Shown here piece after piece: positions 1 through 8,442 of a stretch of 35,670 nucleotides of DNA. The translations under genes and the position numbers were made by a program. Source of the stretch: a virus. The notes below the pieces were generated by a model. It was given only the letters and a program-made list of their open reading frames with translations. It was not told the origin of the DNA and ran no database searches. The stretch lies in IMG/VR virus record IMGVR_UViG_3300012348_000128, positions 1 to 35,670 of that record. One strand, written 5' to 3'. The first letter of the stretch is position 1. The number at the start of each line of letters is the position of its first letter.

Positions 1-55
1 CAGCGCGTTCAGCATTGCGCCTTCGCCTTGTTCACCGCGCTGCTTAGCGAACTCC
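1..55. repeat. Terminal direct repeat, copy A (identical to 35616-35670)
   Basis: Read base by base: cagcgcgttcagcattgcgccttcgccttgttcaccgcgctgcttagcgaactcc occurs at both ends. Confidence 0.95.
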
Positions 56-279
56 TGCATCTGCGCCAGATCTGGGTCGGAGTTGTAAAGATCGTCGCCT
101 TGGGCGTACAAGTCGGCGGCGCGCTTGCGATAACGAGAAACCGCGTTAGGCAGCACAGCTTCACCCGGCTGCACGGTGGTAGTCAGCGTGCCGCCCTTGG
201 ACTTGGCGCGCGTCTTTTTCAGGACAACTGGCTGGAAAAAGCTGTCCTCGTCGTTATTGAACACGCTGTACTCATCCAT
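1..279 (-). CDS. N-terminal 93 codons of a junction-spanning internal virion protein (joined product about 404 aa; continues at 35615)
   Basis: ATG at 279-277 lies just after the TGA (284-282) of the upstream gene. The frame stays open to position 1, and position 15 is equivalent to 35630 in the same frame as ORF 34680..35630. Confidence 0.7.
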   Translation of the reverse strand, partial: MDEYSVFNNDEDSFFQPVVLKKTRAKSKGGTLTTTVQPGEAVLPNAVSRYRKRAADLYAQGDDLYNSDPDLAQMQEFAKQRGEQGEGAMLNAL

Positions 280-281
280 GA

Positions 282-650
282 TCAGGCCTCGTCGCCGGGG
301 GCGCGCAGGTTCATGTATGGGTCATACGAACCAACAGGAGTGGCCATTGCAGGCTGCTGACGTTTTTTGCGCAGGGCCTCAAGCATTGCCCGCTGGCGTG
401 CGTTCATGTCGGTTGCAGCCTGGTCGACGCCGGTCTGGCCTTGCTTGGCAAAGTAGGCTTGACCCAATTGGCTGATTGCTCCCGCGATGCCGGGGCCCAC
501 GTAGTGCTTGCCGATCATTTGACCTTCTTGAGGCGCCATGGCGTTCTTGCGCAGCATGTCAACCATGGCTTGCTTGCGCTTCACTTCGTCTTGCTCTGGA
601 CGCATAGCGCCCATCTGAACAAGGTAATCAAACATCAAATCGTCATTCAT
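282..650 (-). CDS. Hypothetical virion-module protein, 122 aa
   Basis: ORF 282..653 trimmed to the ATG at 650, which shares one base with the TGA of the upstream gene. It sits among internal-virion-type genes. Confidence 0.6.
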   Translation of the reverse strand: MNDDLMFDYLVQMGAMRPEQDEVKRKQAMVDMLRKNAMAPQEGQMIGKHYVGPGIAGAISQLGQAYFAKQGQTGVDQAATDMNARQRAMLEALRKKRQQPAMATPVGSYDPYMNLRAPGDEA

Positions 651-1855
651 CACAGACCCCCGTAATTCACCATCAGGAAGCCGTTGGTGTGGCGCTTCAC
701 CAGGTCAGGACGCACTGCCTGCACCTCTTGTGCAATCACACCGCGTTGCGGCATTCCCATCATTGTGTACTCATAAATTCCCACACCAATTGCGTGAGTG
801 CCGACGCGCTTAATGTCCAACTTCAGGCGGCGATCGGAGAACATGAACGCGGCCGAGCCGAGCTGCGCACCGGCATTGAGCAAGTTGTTGAAGCCAGCCT
901 GCTGCGCGTTGTATGAACCCAGCTGCGCGTCGTAGCCCATTTGAGTGGCACCCAAAAGATTGGGCGTCTCTGAACGCTGAGCCTGATTGAAGCTGGGCAT
1001 CTGTGGCATTGCCACCTGCTGGCCAGACAGCAAAGCGTTCATCTCGTTCAGAGACATGCCGCGGCGCTGTGCTTGCTCTGCAATCGCCTGCTGGCGCAGT
1101 TGGTTCTGGAACTGAGCTGCTTGCTGGTTGAGGCCCTGCTGCTGAGCCGCAGCCTGGTTGCCGAACTGAGCGGCGCCCAGGTTCTGGTTGTAGCCCTGCT
1201 GCGCGGTTTGCATTTGCATGCCGAACAAGCGCTGTGCCTCGTTGCCAGACGCGTCGAGAGCGTTGTAGCGCTCTGCGGCTTGCTGTTGGCCAAGTTGACC
1301 CATGGCGCGGTCGTAAGCCTCAGAGCCAGGGCGCAGGCCTTGGTTTGCCAATTTGGTTTCCATGCCGCGGGTTTGATAGTCATGCACCGGCTGCATCTTC
1401 TGCATCAACTGACCGGCAACTTGGTCGCGGAACCCGGAATCAATCTGCGGGATTTGAGAGCCAAAGTTGAAACCGCCTTGCAGCCTGCCTGGGCCACCAG
1501 CGCTTTGCATTTGCGGCAAGTTGTTCCAATCAAACGAATTTCCGAACTCGTTTGCCACGCGACCCATAAAGTTTTGCGCAAGATCGTTTCTGCCAGACTG
1601 AATTGACAGCTGGTCATTGAGCGCGTCTTGAAGTTGCGGGTTGAGTGTGGTGTTTTGAGTCCACTCCGTGATTGGTCTGCCGCTGGCTGGATCTGTTCCA
1701 GCTTGAGCCGACCAACTGGTGCTGCCCCAAGGCGTGTTTTGCGTGGGCCGGTTGGCCCAGTTTTGAACGTCAGTTAGCTCACGCGAGGCTGCCGCCTGCG
1801 CTTGAGCGGCGCCCGTGTAATCAGGTGCTGCTGGTGCTGATCCCTTGCCGCCCAT
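650..1855 (-). CDS. Gln/Asn/Gly-rich virion protein with a C-terminal peptidase S74 (intramolecular chaperone) domain
   Basis: The C-terminus SDRRLKLDIKRVG...GVIAQEVQAVRPDLV...MVNYGGL matches the autoproteolytic chaperone-of-endosialidase motif set. An AAGGAG RBS precedes the ATG at 1855. Confidence 0.75.
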   Translation of the reverse strand: MGGKGSAPAAPDYTGAAQAQAAASRELTDVQNWANRPTQNTPWGSTSWSAQAGTDPASGRPITEWTQNTTLNPQLQDALNDQLSIQSGRNDLAQNFMGRVANEFGNSFDWNNLPQMQSAGGPGRLQGGFNFGSQIPQIDSGFRDQVAGQLMQKMQPVHDYQTRGMETKLANQGLRPGSEAYDRAMGQLGQQQAAERYNALDASGNEAQRLFGMQMQTAQQGYNQNLGAAQFGNQAAAQQQGLNQQAAQFQNQLRQQAIAEQAQRRGMSLNEMNALLSGQQVAMPQMPSFNQAQRSETPNLLGATQMGYDAQLGSYNAQQAGFNNLLNAGAQLGSAAFMFSDRRLKLDIKRVGTHAIGVGIYEYTMMGMPQRGVIAQEVQAVRPDLVKRHTNGFLMVNYGGL

Positions 1856-2261
1856 ATTCTTTCTCCTTAAGCCAACGGCACTCGTCGGCCTTCATTTCAA
1901 ACATCACGCAGTCGATCGTTTCAACGATCCTGCGATAACCCAACTTGTCGTTCATCCGCAGGGCTTCGTCGTTGCCCTTAGGGGTCAGGCCGTAAACGGC
2001 CTCCATGCCACATTTTACGAACGGATACTCAAACGCCTCACGCAAAAGCGTGCGGTTTAAGCAGTGCGCGTTGTCAAACGCGACGTGCATCCAGCAAGAG
2101 CTGAAAGTCCAAGCGTTGTACCCCACCGCGGCGGCAATCGTGCCGTCCTCGCGCATCAAGCCAATCATGCGCAAATCGCTGCTCCAAGGCAGCCGCGTCT
2201 TGCGGTTCATCCATTCCCAGACAACTGGGTACTCGCCAGGCTTGTCTGTGACCAGCTTCAT
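1821..2261 (-). CDS. GNAT-fold acetyltransferase-like protein, 146 aa
   Basis: ORF trimmed to the internal ATG (MKLVTDK) that overlaps the upstream stop as ATGA. The C-terminal segment ...EAVYGLTPKGNDEALRMNDKLGYRRI resembles the GNAT C-terminal N-x-x-A-x-x-x-x-x-K-L-G-F/Y motif. Confidence 0.55.
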   Translation of the reverse strand: MKLVTDKPGEYPVVWEWMNRKTRLPWSSDLRMIGLMREDGTIAAAVGYNAWTFSSCWMHVAFDNAHCLNRTLLREAFEYPFVKCGMEAVYGLTPKGNDEALRMNDKLGYRRIVETIDCVMFEMKADECRWLKEKEYGRQGISTSST

Positions 2262-3865
2262 CACATGACCCCACCCAGCTCGGTCATCACGTGCATGGAC
2301 GTCAAAACCGTTCCAGGCTGACCGCGCACTTTCATGCGCACTGAACCGTAGTACCCCAAGCCGGTCACGCCGACCCATGATTGATAAGTGTTGATGCCGC
2401 CGGCAAAAAACGCTTCGTTCCAGTTGCCTTCGTCCCACACGCCCTCGCCGTAATCGGCATAAGTTGGGGAGCCTGACACGTTGTTGACGGCGTATTGAGT
2501 GTTGAGCTGCAACAGAACGCTCGGCGCAGTGAGCGCCAAAAAGATTGGCCGCACCATGTGGAACTTCTTGAGCTGGGCAGGCGTGCCGAAAGAATTGAAC
2601 GCGCCCTGCTCATCGCCCTCGATGGCTGTTCCATTGAGCCCGCTGATGTCTAAGGCGTCGTAATTGCCGTAGAGGCCCTTGCAAACGCGGCCGGCGTTGT
2701 CGCTGAAATACAGTTGGCCGCCCAGCAATGCTGTGCTGACCATGTTCATGTTGGAGAACGTGCACCAGGCGCCTGTGATCGTGTTCATCACGTACTGCTG
2801 GTACACGCCAGACGTGTTTGCAGGAACCTGGATCAGCAGGATGCTTTCCTTGGGCACCAGCGTCACGTTCCAAGACTGGCTGTCCTGCAGCTGAGCAATC
2901 AGGGGCCCAAGAACAGGCTGCACCTTGGACGCGGGCATGGTGTTGGCCGCGGCCTCGTTGTACTGGCCGGCAATCAGCTTCGACAGGGGAATCAACCCCT
3001 GCACACTCAGGATCATCACGTCGCCACCAAACGGCGTGAAATACACGCCATAGCGCGGCACGGGGCCGATGTACCAAACACCCTTGATGCCAAAGTCGGC
3101 GGCGCTTGATGGGTCAGTGCCAGACCAGACGCCGATGTCGCCTTCGGTGCCGATCACAACCAGGAAGTCGTCGACCGAGAATCCCGAGTCGATCGTCCAG
3201 TTGACCAGCGCCGAGACGTAGCCACCGTTGCGCAGCACCGAGCCCATAGGGAAGGCCACGGCAGTGCCTTGGATGGCGTTCACGTCCTGCAGGTAGTAGA
3301 CGTCCGAGTCATCCTCGCAGGTGAACCAAATGCGCTGTTTCCACACGGCCACCGTGCGCACATTGGTCGGCAAGCCTGTGCAGGCCGCAGTGCGGTCTGT
3401 CCATGTTGTGCCGTCGTACGTCCAATAGCCCGCGCCAGGAGAGACGGCCAGCAGGTAGACGCCCGAGGTGGTAGAGAACTGCGTCACCCACCACAGATCG
3501 GATGTGCTGCCGGTCGCGGCTTCGGACAACACAGACGTGCCATCGGTCACGTCGTAAATGTCGCCGTTGGCGGCCGCAAACAATTTGGAATCGTTTGGGT
3601 TGGCTGCGTTGTAGGAGAAGGTGGACTTGTATTCGGTGATGCCTTCTTCGGCATCCACAAACACCTGCCAGCCCTTGCGCAGCTCTACGCCCTGCTGGCG
3701 CGGGATAAGGTTGTCCAGCACCAGCGCGTCCAACGGAGACATCTCGCTGATGGGATCGCGCAGGTTCAGGCCACCCGTTGGGGGTGGCATGTTTGCGAGC
3801 TGAGACACCTGTGCCGCCGCCGAGCGGGCTGGCGCGCGGGCGGGTTTGAGCGGCACCAAAGGCAT
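2261..3865 (-). CDS. Large virion/tail structural protein, 534 aa (tail-tubular-B-like position)
   Basis: Long ORF with high third-position GC. It is coupled by TAATG to the upstream gene and by ATGA to the downstream gene. Function is inferred from position only. Confidence 0.65.
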   Translation of the reverse strand: MPLVPLKPARAPARSAAAQVSQLANMPPPTGGLNLRDPISEMSPLDALVLDNLIPRQQGVELRKGWQVFVDAEEGITEYKSTFSYNAANPNDSKLFAAANGDIYDVTDGTSVLSEAATGSTSDLWWVTQFSTTSGVYLLAVSPGAGYWTYDGTTWTDRTAACTGLPTNVRTVAVWKQRIWFTCEDDSDVYYLQDVNAIQGTAVAFPMGSVLRNGGYVSALVNWTIDSGFSVDDFLVVIGTEGDIGVWSGTDPSSAADFGIKGVWYIGPVPRYGVYFTPFGGDVMILSVQGLIPLSKLIAGQYNEAAANTMPASKVQPVLGPLIAQLQDSQSWNVTLVPKESILLIQVPANTSGVYQQYVMNTITGAWCTFSNMNMVSTALLGGQLYFSDNAGRVCKGLYGNYDALDISGLNGTAIEGDEQGAFNSFGTPAQLKKFHMVRPIFLALTAPSVLLQLNTQYAVNNVSGSPTYADYGEGVWDEGNWNEAFFAGGINTYQSWVGVTGLGYYGSVRMKVRGQPGTVLTSMHVMTELGGVM

Positions 3866-4620
3866 TAGGACGCTCCCCCGTAGCCAGTGTCAGGCGTGTT
3901 GGTCAGCGGCTGGATGTACGGGATGCGGAAGTCGCGGGCCATCGACAGCACCGAGGCACCCGTCTTTGCCGCCTTGCGGTTCTCGTACATGATGTGAAAG
4001 TCACGCGCCGCCGCGCTCGAGTCCAGGCCCTTCATTTCGAGCCATTTGACGCGGGCGTAGTAGGTGAGCATCGGCGCGTCAAGCAGCGCCGTGTCACCGT
4101 TCTTGGTCATGCGGTTCTTGTACAGGTCTGGGTCATCGGCATCACGCACCCAACCAGCCGACAAGTAGAAGAAGCTCATCGTCTGCTCGGACGACGGTGG
4201 GGCAAGCACGTACAGCAAATTGCCGCGCACTTGCCAGTAGAACGACAGGGTTGGCAACGTGGTGCGAATCAGCAGCTGCTGCCACATCTGTGACGACACA
4301 GGGCCAAGAGACGGGAACTGCGTTGTCGCGTTCCAGTTGGTCTGATCGACCCAGTCGTAGAAATCTTCAGGCAATGCAAACGACTGCTCGCGCACGCCGA
4401 CAATGTCTGCCTCAATCGGCAGCGACGTGCGTTTGACGAGCTGTTGCCACTCGTACATGGACAGCAATTCAATGCCGGCCATGTTGACGGCCTGCACCAT
4501 CTGAATGACTGCGGGATCTGTCGAGCCCGCAGGGTCAGCGGGCACGGGATAGCTGACCATCGCAGCCACGTTTTGAACGATGGCCGAAAGCGAATTCTCA
4601 GCAATGATTTGATATGCCAT
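3865..4620 (-). CDS. Virion structural protein, 251 aa (adaptor / tail-tubular-A-like position)
   Basis: ATG at 4620 with an upstream GAGGG. Its stop overlaps the next start. Function is inferred from position only. Confidence 0.6.
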   Translation of the reverse strand: MAYQIIAENSLSAIVQNVAAMVSYPVPADPAGSTDPAVIQMVQAVNMAGIELLSMYEWQQLVKRTSLPIEADIVGVREQSFALPEDFYDWVDQTNWNATTQFPSLGPVSSQMWQQLLIRTTLPTLSFYWQVRGNLLYVLAPPSSEQTMSFFYLSAGWVRDADDPDLYKNRMTKNGDTALLDAPMLTYYARVKWLEMKGLDSSAAARDFHIMYENRKAAKTGASVLSMARDFRIPYIQPLTNTPDTGYGGAS

Positions 4621-4636
4621 TCCCGTGCCCTCTAAC

Positions 4637-5251
4637 TTACTCTGCTACCTCTGCGGTAGCCGCAACCTTGCGCTTGCTGGTTTGAGCCGACGCCTGCAGG
4701 GCCTCGACCATCGTTCTGAGGTTTTCAATCTCAGCATCACGCTTTTGCAACTCCTCGTTCATCTTCTCGATAGGGGCGTTGTTCTTCGCCACTTCCATGA
4801 ACGCCTTAGCGCGCTGCTTGTCCTGTTGGAAGGACATGAACTTGGAACCCAAGTTGTCGTTCGCCTCAGCAAGCTGCTCCACGGTGACCAATTTGAAGAA
4901 CTTGTATTCCTCGACCTTGGAAGGGTTCATGCCAGGCAGCGCCGACAAAGGCGTACCAGTCACAGCTTCTTCTTGGCCGGCTTTCCATTTCGCATAACGC
5001 TCTTGGAATCGGAACACGTCCTGTTGACTCACAGGGCGCTCAACGACAGACGCTTTGTCGCCGGGGACATGGATGCGGATGTAGTCGATTTCCTCATACA
5101 CAGCGCGCCCTGCTTCACGGCTCTTGCCGGGTTGCAGAACGGGCTTGCGATAGAACTCGACATACAGCTTGTTGTCCGCGGCAAAGCGCGTCTCGTCAGG
5201 CTTGGCGAAATCACCAGGTTCTTCAAATATGGTCGGTGTCGTGGGTTGCAT
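4637..5251 (-). CDS. Hypothetical structural-module protein with a C-terminal coiled-coil, 204 aa
   Basis: Clean ORF with an ATG start, lying between the decoration gene and the tail genes. The tail is helical and rich in charged residues. Confidence 0.65.
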   Translation of the reverse strand: MQPTTPTIFEEPGDFAKPDETRFAADNKLYVEFYRKPVLQPGKSREAGRAVYEEIDYIRIHVPGDKASVVERPVSQQDVFRFQERYAKWKAGQEEAVTGTPLSALPGMNPSKVEEYKFFKLVTVEQLAEANDNLGSKFMSFQQDKQRAKAFMEVAKNNAPIEKMNEELQKRDAEIENLRTMVEALQASAQTSKRKVAATAEVAE

Positions 5252-5269
5252 GATTTTTTCTTTCTTTGA

Positions 5270-5719
5270 TTAAACGTTGGTTTCGTACTTGAAGTACGTA
5301 CCAGGGGAGCCACCAATGCGGGCGCCGCCAACGCTTGCACCATCAGAACCAGTTTTGCCAATTCCTAGAATGCTTGCGCCAGTCTGGACACCTTCAGTGT
5401 CAACGATCGCAGGGGTGTTTGCGCCAACCGCTGCGCCATAGCCAACAGCGCTGTACTGCGCAGTCAGAACAGCAGAGGGTTCGCTGTGAGAGGTGTCTGA
5501 ATCGTTGTAAGCGATTACGTTGACGTTCAGGTTGTCGCCTGAAGCCTCCAGAAAGCCATCAAGATCGCCGTCTGCGTACTCAGCAGAGGTGTAGTTGGGC
5601 GTAGAGCCGTCCAGCGTGTAATAGAAAGTCACGCCTTCAACAGCGTCAATCGTGACGTCTGTGCCGAGGGCGACTTGGCCGCTAACGGGGGATGCAACAG
5701 GGGTTGCTGGTGCGGTCAT
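5270..5719 (-). CDS. Putative head decoration protein with an Ig-like (chitobiase/Fn3-associated type) motif
   Basis: The motif VTFYYTLDGSTP is typical of CHB_HEX_C / Fn3-associated Ig-like domains. The gene is immediately downstream of the capsid gene and has an AGGAGA RBS. Confidence 0.6.
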   Translation of the reverse strand: MTAPATPVASPVSGQVALGTDVTIDAVEGVTFYYTLDGSTPNYTSAEYADGDLDGFLEASGDNLNVNVIAYNDSDTSHSEPSAVLTAQYSAVGYGAAVGANTPAIVDTEGVQTGASILGIGKTGSDGASVGGARIGGSPGTYFKYETNV

Positions 5720-5735
5720 ATGAATCTCCTAGTTC

Positions 5736-5773
5736 AAAAAACCCGAGGGAGTGGGCTTCCCCACCCACTCGGG
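5736..5773 (-). terminator. Intrinsic terminator after the major capsid gene
   Basis: The minus strand reads CCCGAGTGGGTGGGGAAGCCCACTCCCTCGGG followed by TTTTTT. GAGTGGG/CCCACTC or CCCGAG/CTCGGG can form the stem. Confidence 0.6.
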
Positions 5774-5801
5774 AAAGGAAGCCCACGACAGGCCCACCAA
5801 A

Positions 5802-6773
5802 TTACGCTTGGATACGACCTTGGAACTGAGCACCAGAGGTGGTCAAGTTGCCAGCCCAAGCCAGGATCTGAACTTCAGCGTCCTGGTTGATGGCGTAGCG
5901 GCGGTTCGGGCTCAAAGGCACCATGTTGCGATCCTTGTGAGGGCGCCACTTGATGTATTTGCTGTTGAGCATGAAGCCGGTGTTGGCAGGGCAATAGCCG
6001 CCGATACCGCCGTCCAGAACCACGTCGGCGTCCATGAACTTCAGTGTGGGGAAGCCCAGGTTGCCGGTTTCTGGCGAGGTGAAACGCTGCTGAGCTTGCA
6101 ACGAACCCATGTAGAACGACCAGTAGTTGTTGTCCAAGACGATCAAGTCAGGACGATCAGTACCGCGAACCAATTGAGCCCACAGAGCGTTCAAACCAGC
6201 CTGGATGGTGGTGGAACTAGCGGTCACAGATTGGGCGCTGAAGTCGTACAGCTTGGAGCGCCAGAAAGTCCAGGTGGCGCGGTTGATGCCGCCGTAGGTG
6301 CCAGTGGTTGGATCAGCAGGCACAGCGGCGTTCAGGCCGGTGACTTCTTTACCGCCAGAGCCGGTGCCGTCCGAATAGATCGACTGGGCCAGCTGGTTCA
6401 CCATGGTGGATTCGGCCACGTTCAAGCGCGACTCAAGCAAGTCGATGAAGGCTTCTTTGCCGCTGTTCTGCAGCATTTCGAGGCCAGACATCACAACGGG
6501 CACGGCGTACTGCTTGATGTTGAATTCAGCAGCGCTGATCACGTCTTGAGCAGCCACGGGCAGCAAGTCATAACCAGAGTAGAAGCCGCCGTTCGCGTTT
6601 TCAGCAAAAGACAATTCTTCAAAGATTGTGTTACCGCCAGAGATGGTCTTGACGTTGCCGCGCTGGTTCAAGCGAGACAACAGGGCGTTGTTTTTGGTGA
6701 CGTTGTCGGCAATCTGACGAGTGCGCGACTGGATGGTCGTTGCGACGATGTCGCTTACGTTTGGAAAACTCAT
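5802..6773 (-). CDS. Major capsid protein (HK97-fold type), 323 aa
   Basis: The sequence MSFPNVSDIVATTIQSRTRQIADNVTKNNALLSRL...GGINRATWTFWRS is typical of podovirus/HK97-like coat proteins. The ORF is trimmed to the ATG preceded by GAGGAG. It follows the scaffold gene and is followed by a terminator. Confidence 0.85.
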   Translation of the reverse strand: MSFPNVSDIVATTIQSRTRQIADNVTKNNALLSRLNQRGNVKTISGGNTIFEELSFAENANGGFYSGYDLLPVAAQDVISAAEFNIKQYAVPVVMSGLEMLQNSGKEAFIDLLESRLNVAESTMVNQLAQSIYSDGTGSGGKEVTGLNAAVPADPTTGTYGGINRATWTFWRSKLYDFSAQSVTASSTTIQAGLNALWAQLVRGTDRPDLIVLDNNYWSFYMGSLQAQQRFTSPETGNLGFPTLKFMDADVVLDGGIGGYCPANTGFMLNSKYIKWRPHKDRNMVPLSPNRRYAINQDAEVQILAWAGNLTTSGAQFQGRIQA

Positions 6774-6960
6774 GATTAACTCCTCATCTGAGTGCAAAAA
6801 GGGCAAATGCCCGCCTTGGTTTCAGATGCGCCTATGCGAACCGATCTCAGTCCGACTATTGCCTTAGGTGGGACGCCTTAGCGTCTCCTATGGAGTTATG
6901 CGGTGGCTGGGGTGCTTTGGCACACCAGTCGGGTTTCCCCGACATGGTGTGATTATGGCA
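6774..6960 (-). promoter_or_regulatory. Highly structured 187-nt scaffold-to-capsid intergenic leader
   Basis: Three minus-strand hairpins. (1) 6921-6951: CACACCA-T-GTCGGG-GAAA-CCCGAC-TGGTGTG. (2) 6872-6885: GACGC-TAAG-GCGTC. (3) 6796-6812: GGGCATTTGCCC followed by TTTTT. Confidence 0.45.
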
Positions 6961-8094
6961 TCAGCGAGAGCTGGAGACGATGGCCGCCTCGATGGCCGAG
7001 CGCACATCGGTGGTCGGGGCCTGCATAGAACCCACTGGAGCGGCTCCAGAAACGCTCACAGCAGCCGATCGAGCGCGGTGGGCAGCTTGGGTGCTGGACT
7101 GAGCTCGCTGGGCTTGAACGCGCTGAGTCAGCACGCTGCGCACGTTGTCGTTCATCATCACGGCCTTTTTGTAAGCATCCTGCAAGGTCATGCTGATGCC
7201 TCGGCGCTGGGCGACTTCCAAGATGTCGGCCATGTCCTCGCGCACGTCGTTGCCGAACTCGGCCTGAGAGATGAACTGCTCGACCTCGCTGACGACTTGC
7301 TGCTGGGCACGCTGTTGCTGCTGAGCCTGCGCCTGCTGGAACTGGGTCAGCATCTGCTGCACGGGCGCCAGCTTTTGGTTGAGCACCTGCTCGATCTCAG
7401 ACTGCTGGTGGTTGACCTGGGGGGCTTGACCCGCCAGCGCGCTGTCCAGCTGGTCGATGAAGTTGTTGCCAAAGCGGCCAATGCCAAACTGGTTGACGAT
7501 GCCGGCCACCAGCTGGGCCAGCTCGGGCGCGGTGCCGGTGCGCAAACGCGCGGCCGTGCTCATTAGGTTGTCGATCGCCTGAATCGGGTTGGAGCCCTCG
7601 GCCTTGATGAACGCCTCATAAGGGGAGATCGTCTTCATCACGGCGTCGTAGTTCTTGCGGGCCTCTGCGGATTCCTGCAGGGTGCGCTGGACTTCGACCT
7701 CGCGGCGGTGAATTTCGGAGCGCACGCCGTCGGGCAGCGTGGCCCAGTGCTCGCGCACGTCAGGCTTCCAGGACGCGGGAGCCCGCTCGCCGCTGGATTT
7801 GGGGCCAGATTTCGGGCCGGCTTGGATGCCCTCCTCTTTGCCTTTGAATTTCCCTTGGTCGTCACGGGCCTGTTGTTGAACATCCTCGTTTTCGGCCTGG
7901 CCGTCTCCTTCTGCAAGCGCTGCAAGGTCTTGCGCGCCCTCTGGCGCAGTGGCCTCGCCTGGAACCTCAATCTGCGCCTCAAGGGCCAAATCTGGCTCGT
8001 TAGAGGGTTGATCGTTGGAAGTTGGCAGAGGTTGGTCTGCGTCTTTGAACGCGGCCTCAAGGGCGTCGCGCATGGATGTCGTGGGTTCGCTCAT
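6961..8094 (-). CDS. Scaffolding protein, 377 aa
   Basis: Acidic N-terminus, a long Gln/Ala-rich helical region (QQAQAQQQQRAQQQ), and a position directly upstream of the capsid gene. Confidence 0.7.
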   Translation of the reverse strand: MSEPTTSMRDALEAAFKDADQPLPTSNDQPSNEPDLALEAQIEVPGEATAPEGAQDLAALAEGDGQAENEDVQQQARDDQGKFKGKEEGIQAGPKSGPKSSGERAPASWKPDVREHWATLPDGVRSEIHRREVEVQRTLQESAEARKNYDAVMKTISPYEAFIKAEGSNPIQAIDNLMSTAARLRTGTAPELAQLVAGIVNQFGIGRFGNNFIDQLDSALAGQAPQVNHQQSEIEQVLNQKLAPVQQMLTQFQQAQAQQQQRAQQQVVSEVEQFISQAEFGNDVREDMADILEVAQRRGISMTLQDAYKKAVMMNDNVRSVLTQRVQAQRAQSSTQAAHRARSAAVSVSGAAPVGSMQAPTTDVRSAIEAAIVSSSR

Positions 8095-8098
8095 GGTG

Positions 8099-8422
8099 TT
8101 ACCTGTTTTGGAGATGATGAATTGCGCGCTCTATGTCGGCACGCTTAAATGAACCGCCTTCGGTCATGTACCGCTCGCGGCTTTCTTTGGCTTTCGCCCA
8201 AGAATCTTTGAAGTCGTCCATCGTGGTCAGGCCCTTGGCCTTCATGTAGTCACGGTGCTTGGTGCGACTTGAGATGTCGGTGCCATCGGGGGCGGTCATG
8301 CCCTCGTAATGGCGATCCCCCCAGAGCGCAGAGTCTGCGCGGGCGGGGGCCGAATAGTCTTCCGTCACCTCGATCAGCTCGTAGGGCGGCTCTTTCATTT
8401 GGATGTAGCGTTTGCGGGTCAT
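8099..8422 (-). CDS. Hypothetical protein, 107 aa
   Basis: ATG start with an upstream GAGGA. Its stop lies 4 nt before the scaffold start. Confidence 0.6.
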   Translation of the reverse strand: MTRKRYIQMKEPPYELIEVTEDYSAPARADSALWGDRHYEGMTAPDGTDISSRTKHRDYMKAKGLTTMDDFKDSWAKAKESRERYMTEGGSFKRADIERAIHHLQNR

Positions 8423-8442
8423 GTTGTGATATCCTCAACAGT

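Noticed and set aside
5751-6779. Long ORFs antisense to strong genes: 5751..6779(+), 12728..14167(+), 19318..20289(+), 33412..34605(+), 27067..27774(-), 26570..27157(-), 24662..25273(-), and many shorter ones.
   Set aside because: They mirror well-supported genes (capsid, portal, helicase, internal virion protein, methyltransferase, RuvC, nuclease). Their composition is Arg/Ala/Gly/His-rich, as expected for shadow frames in GC-rich DNA. They also lack RBSs and recognisable motifs.
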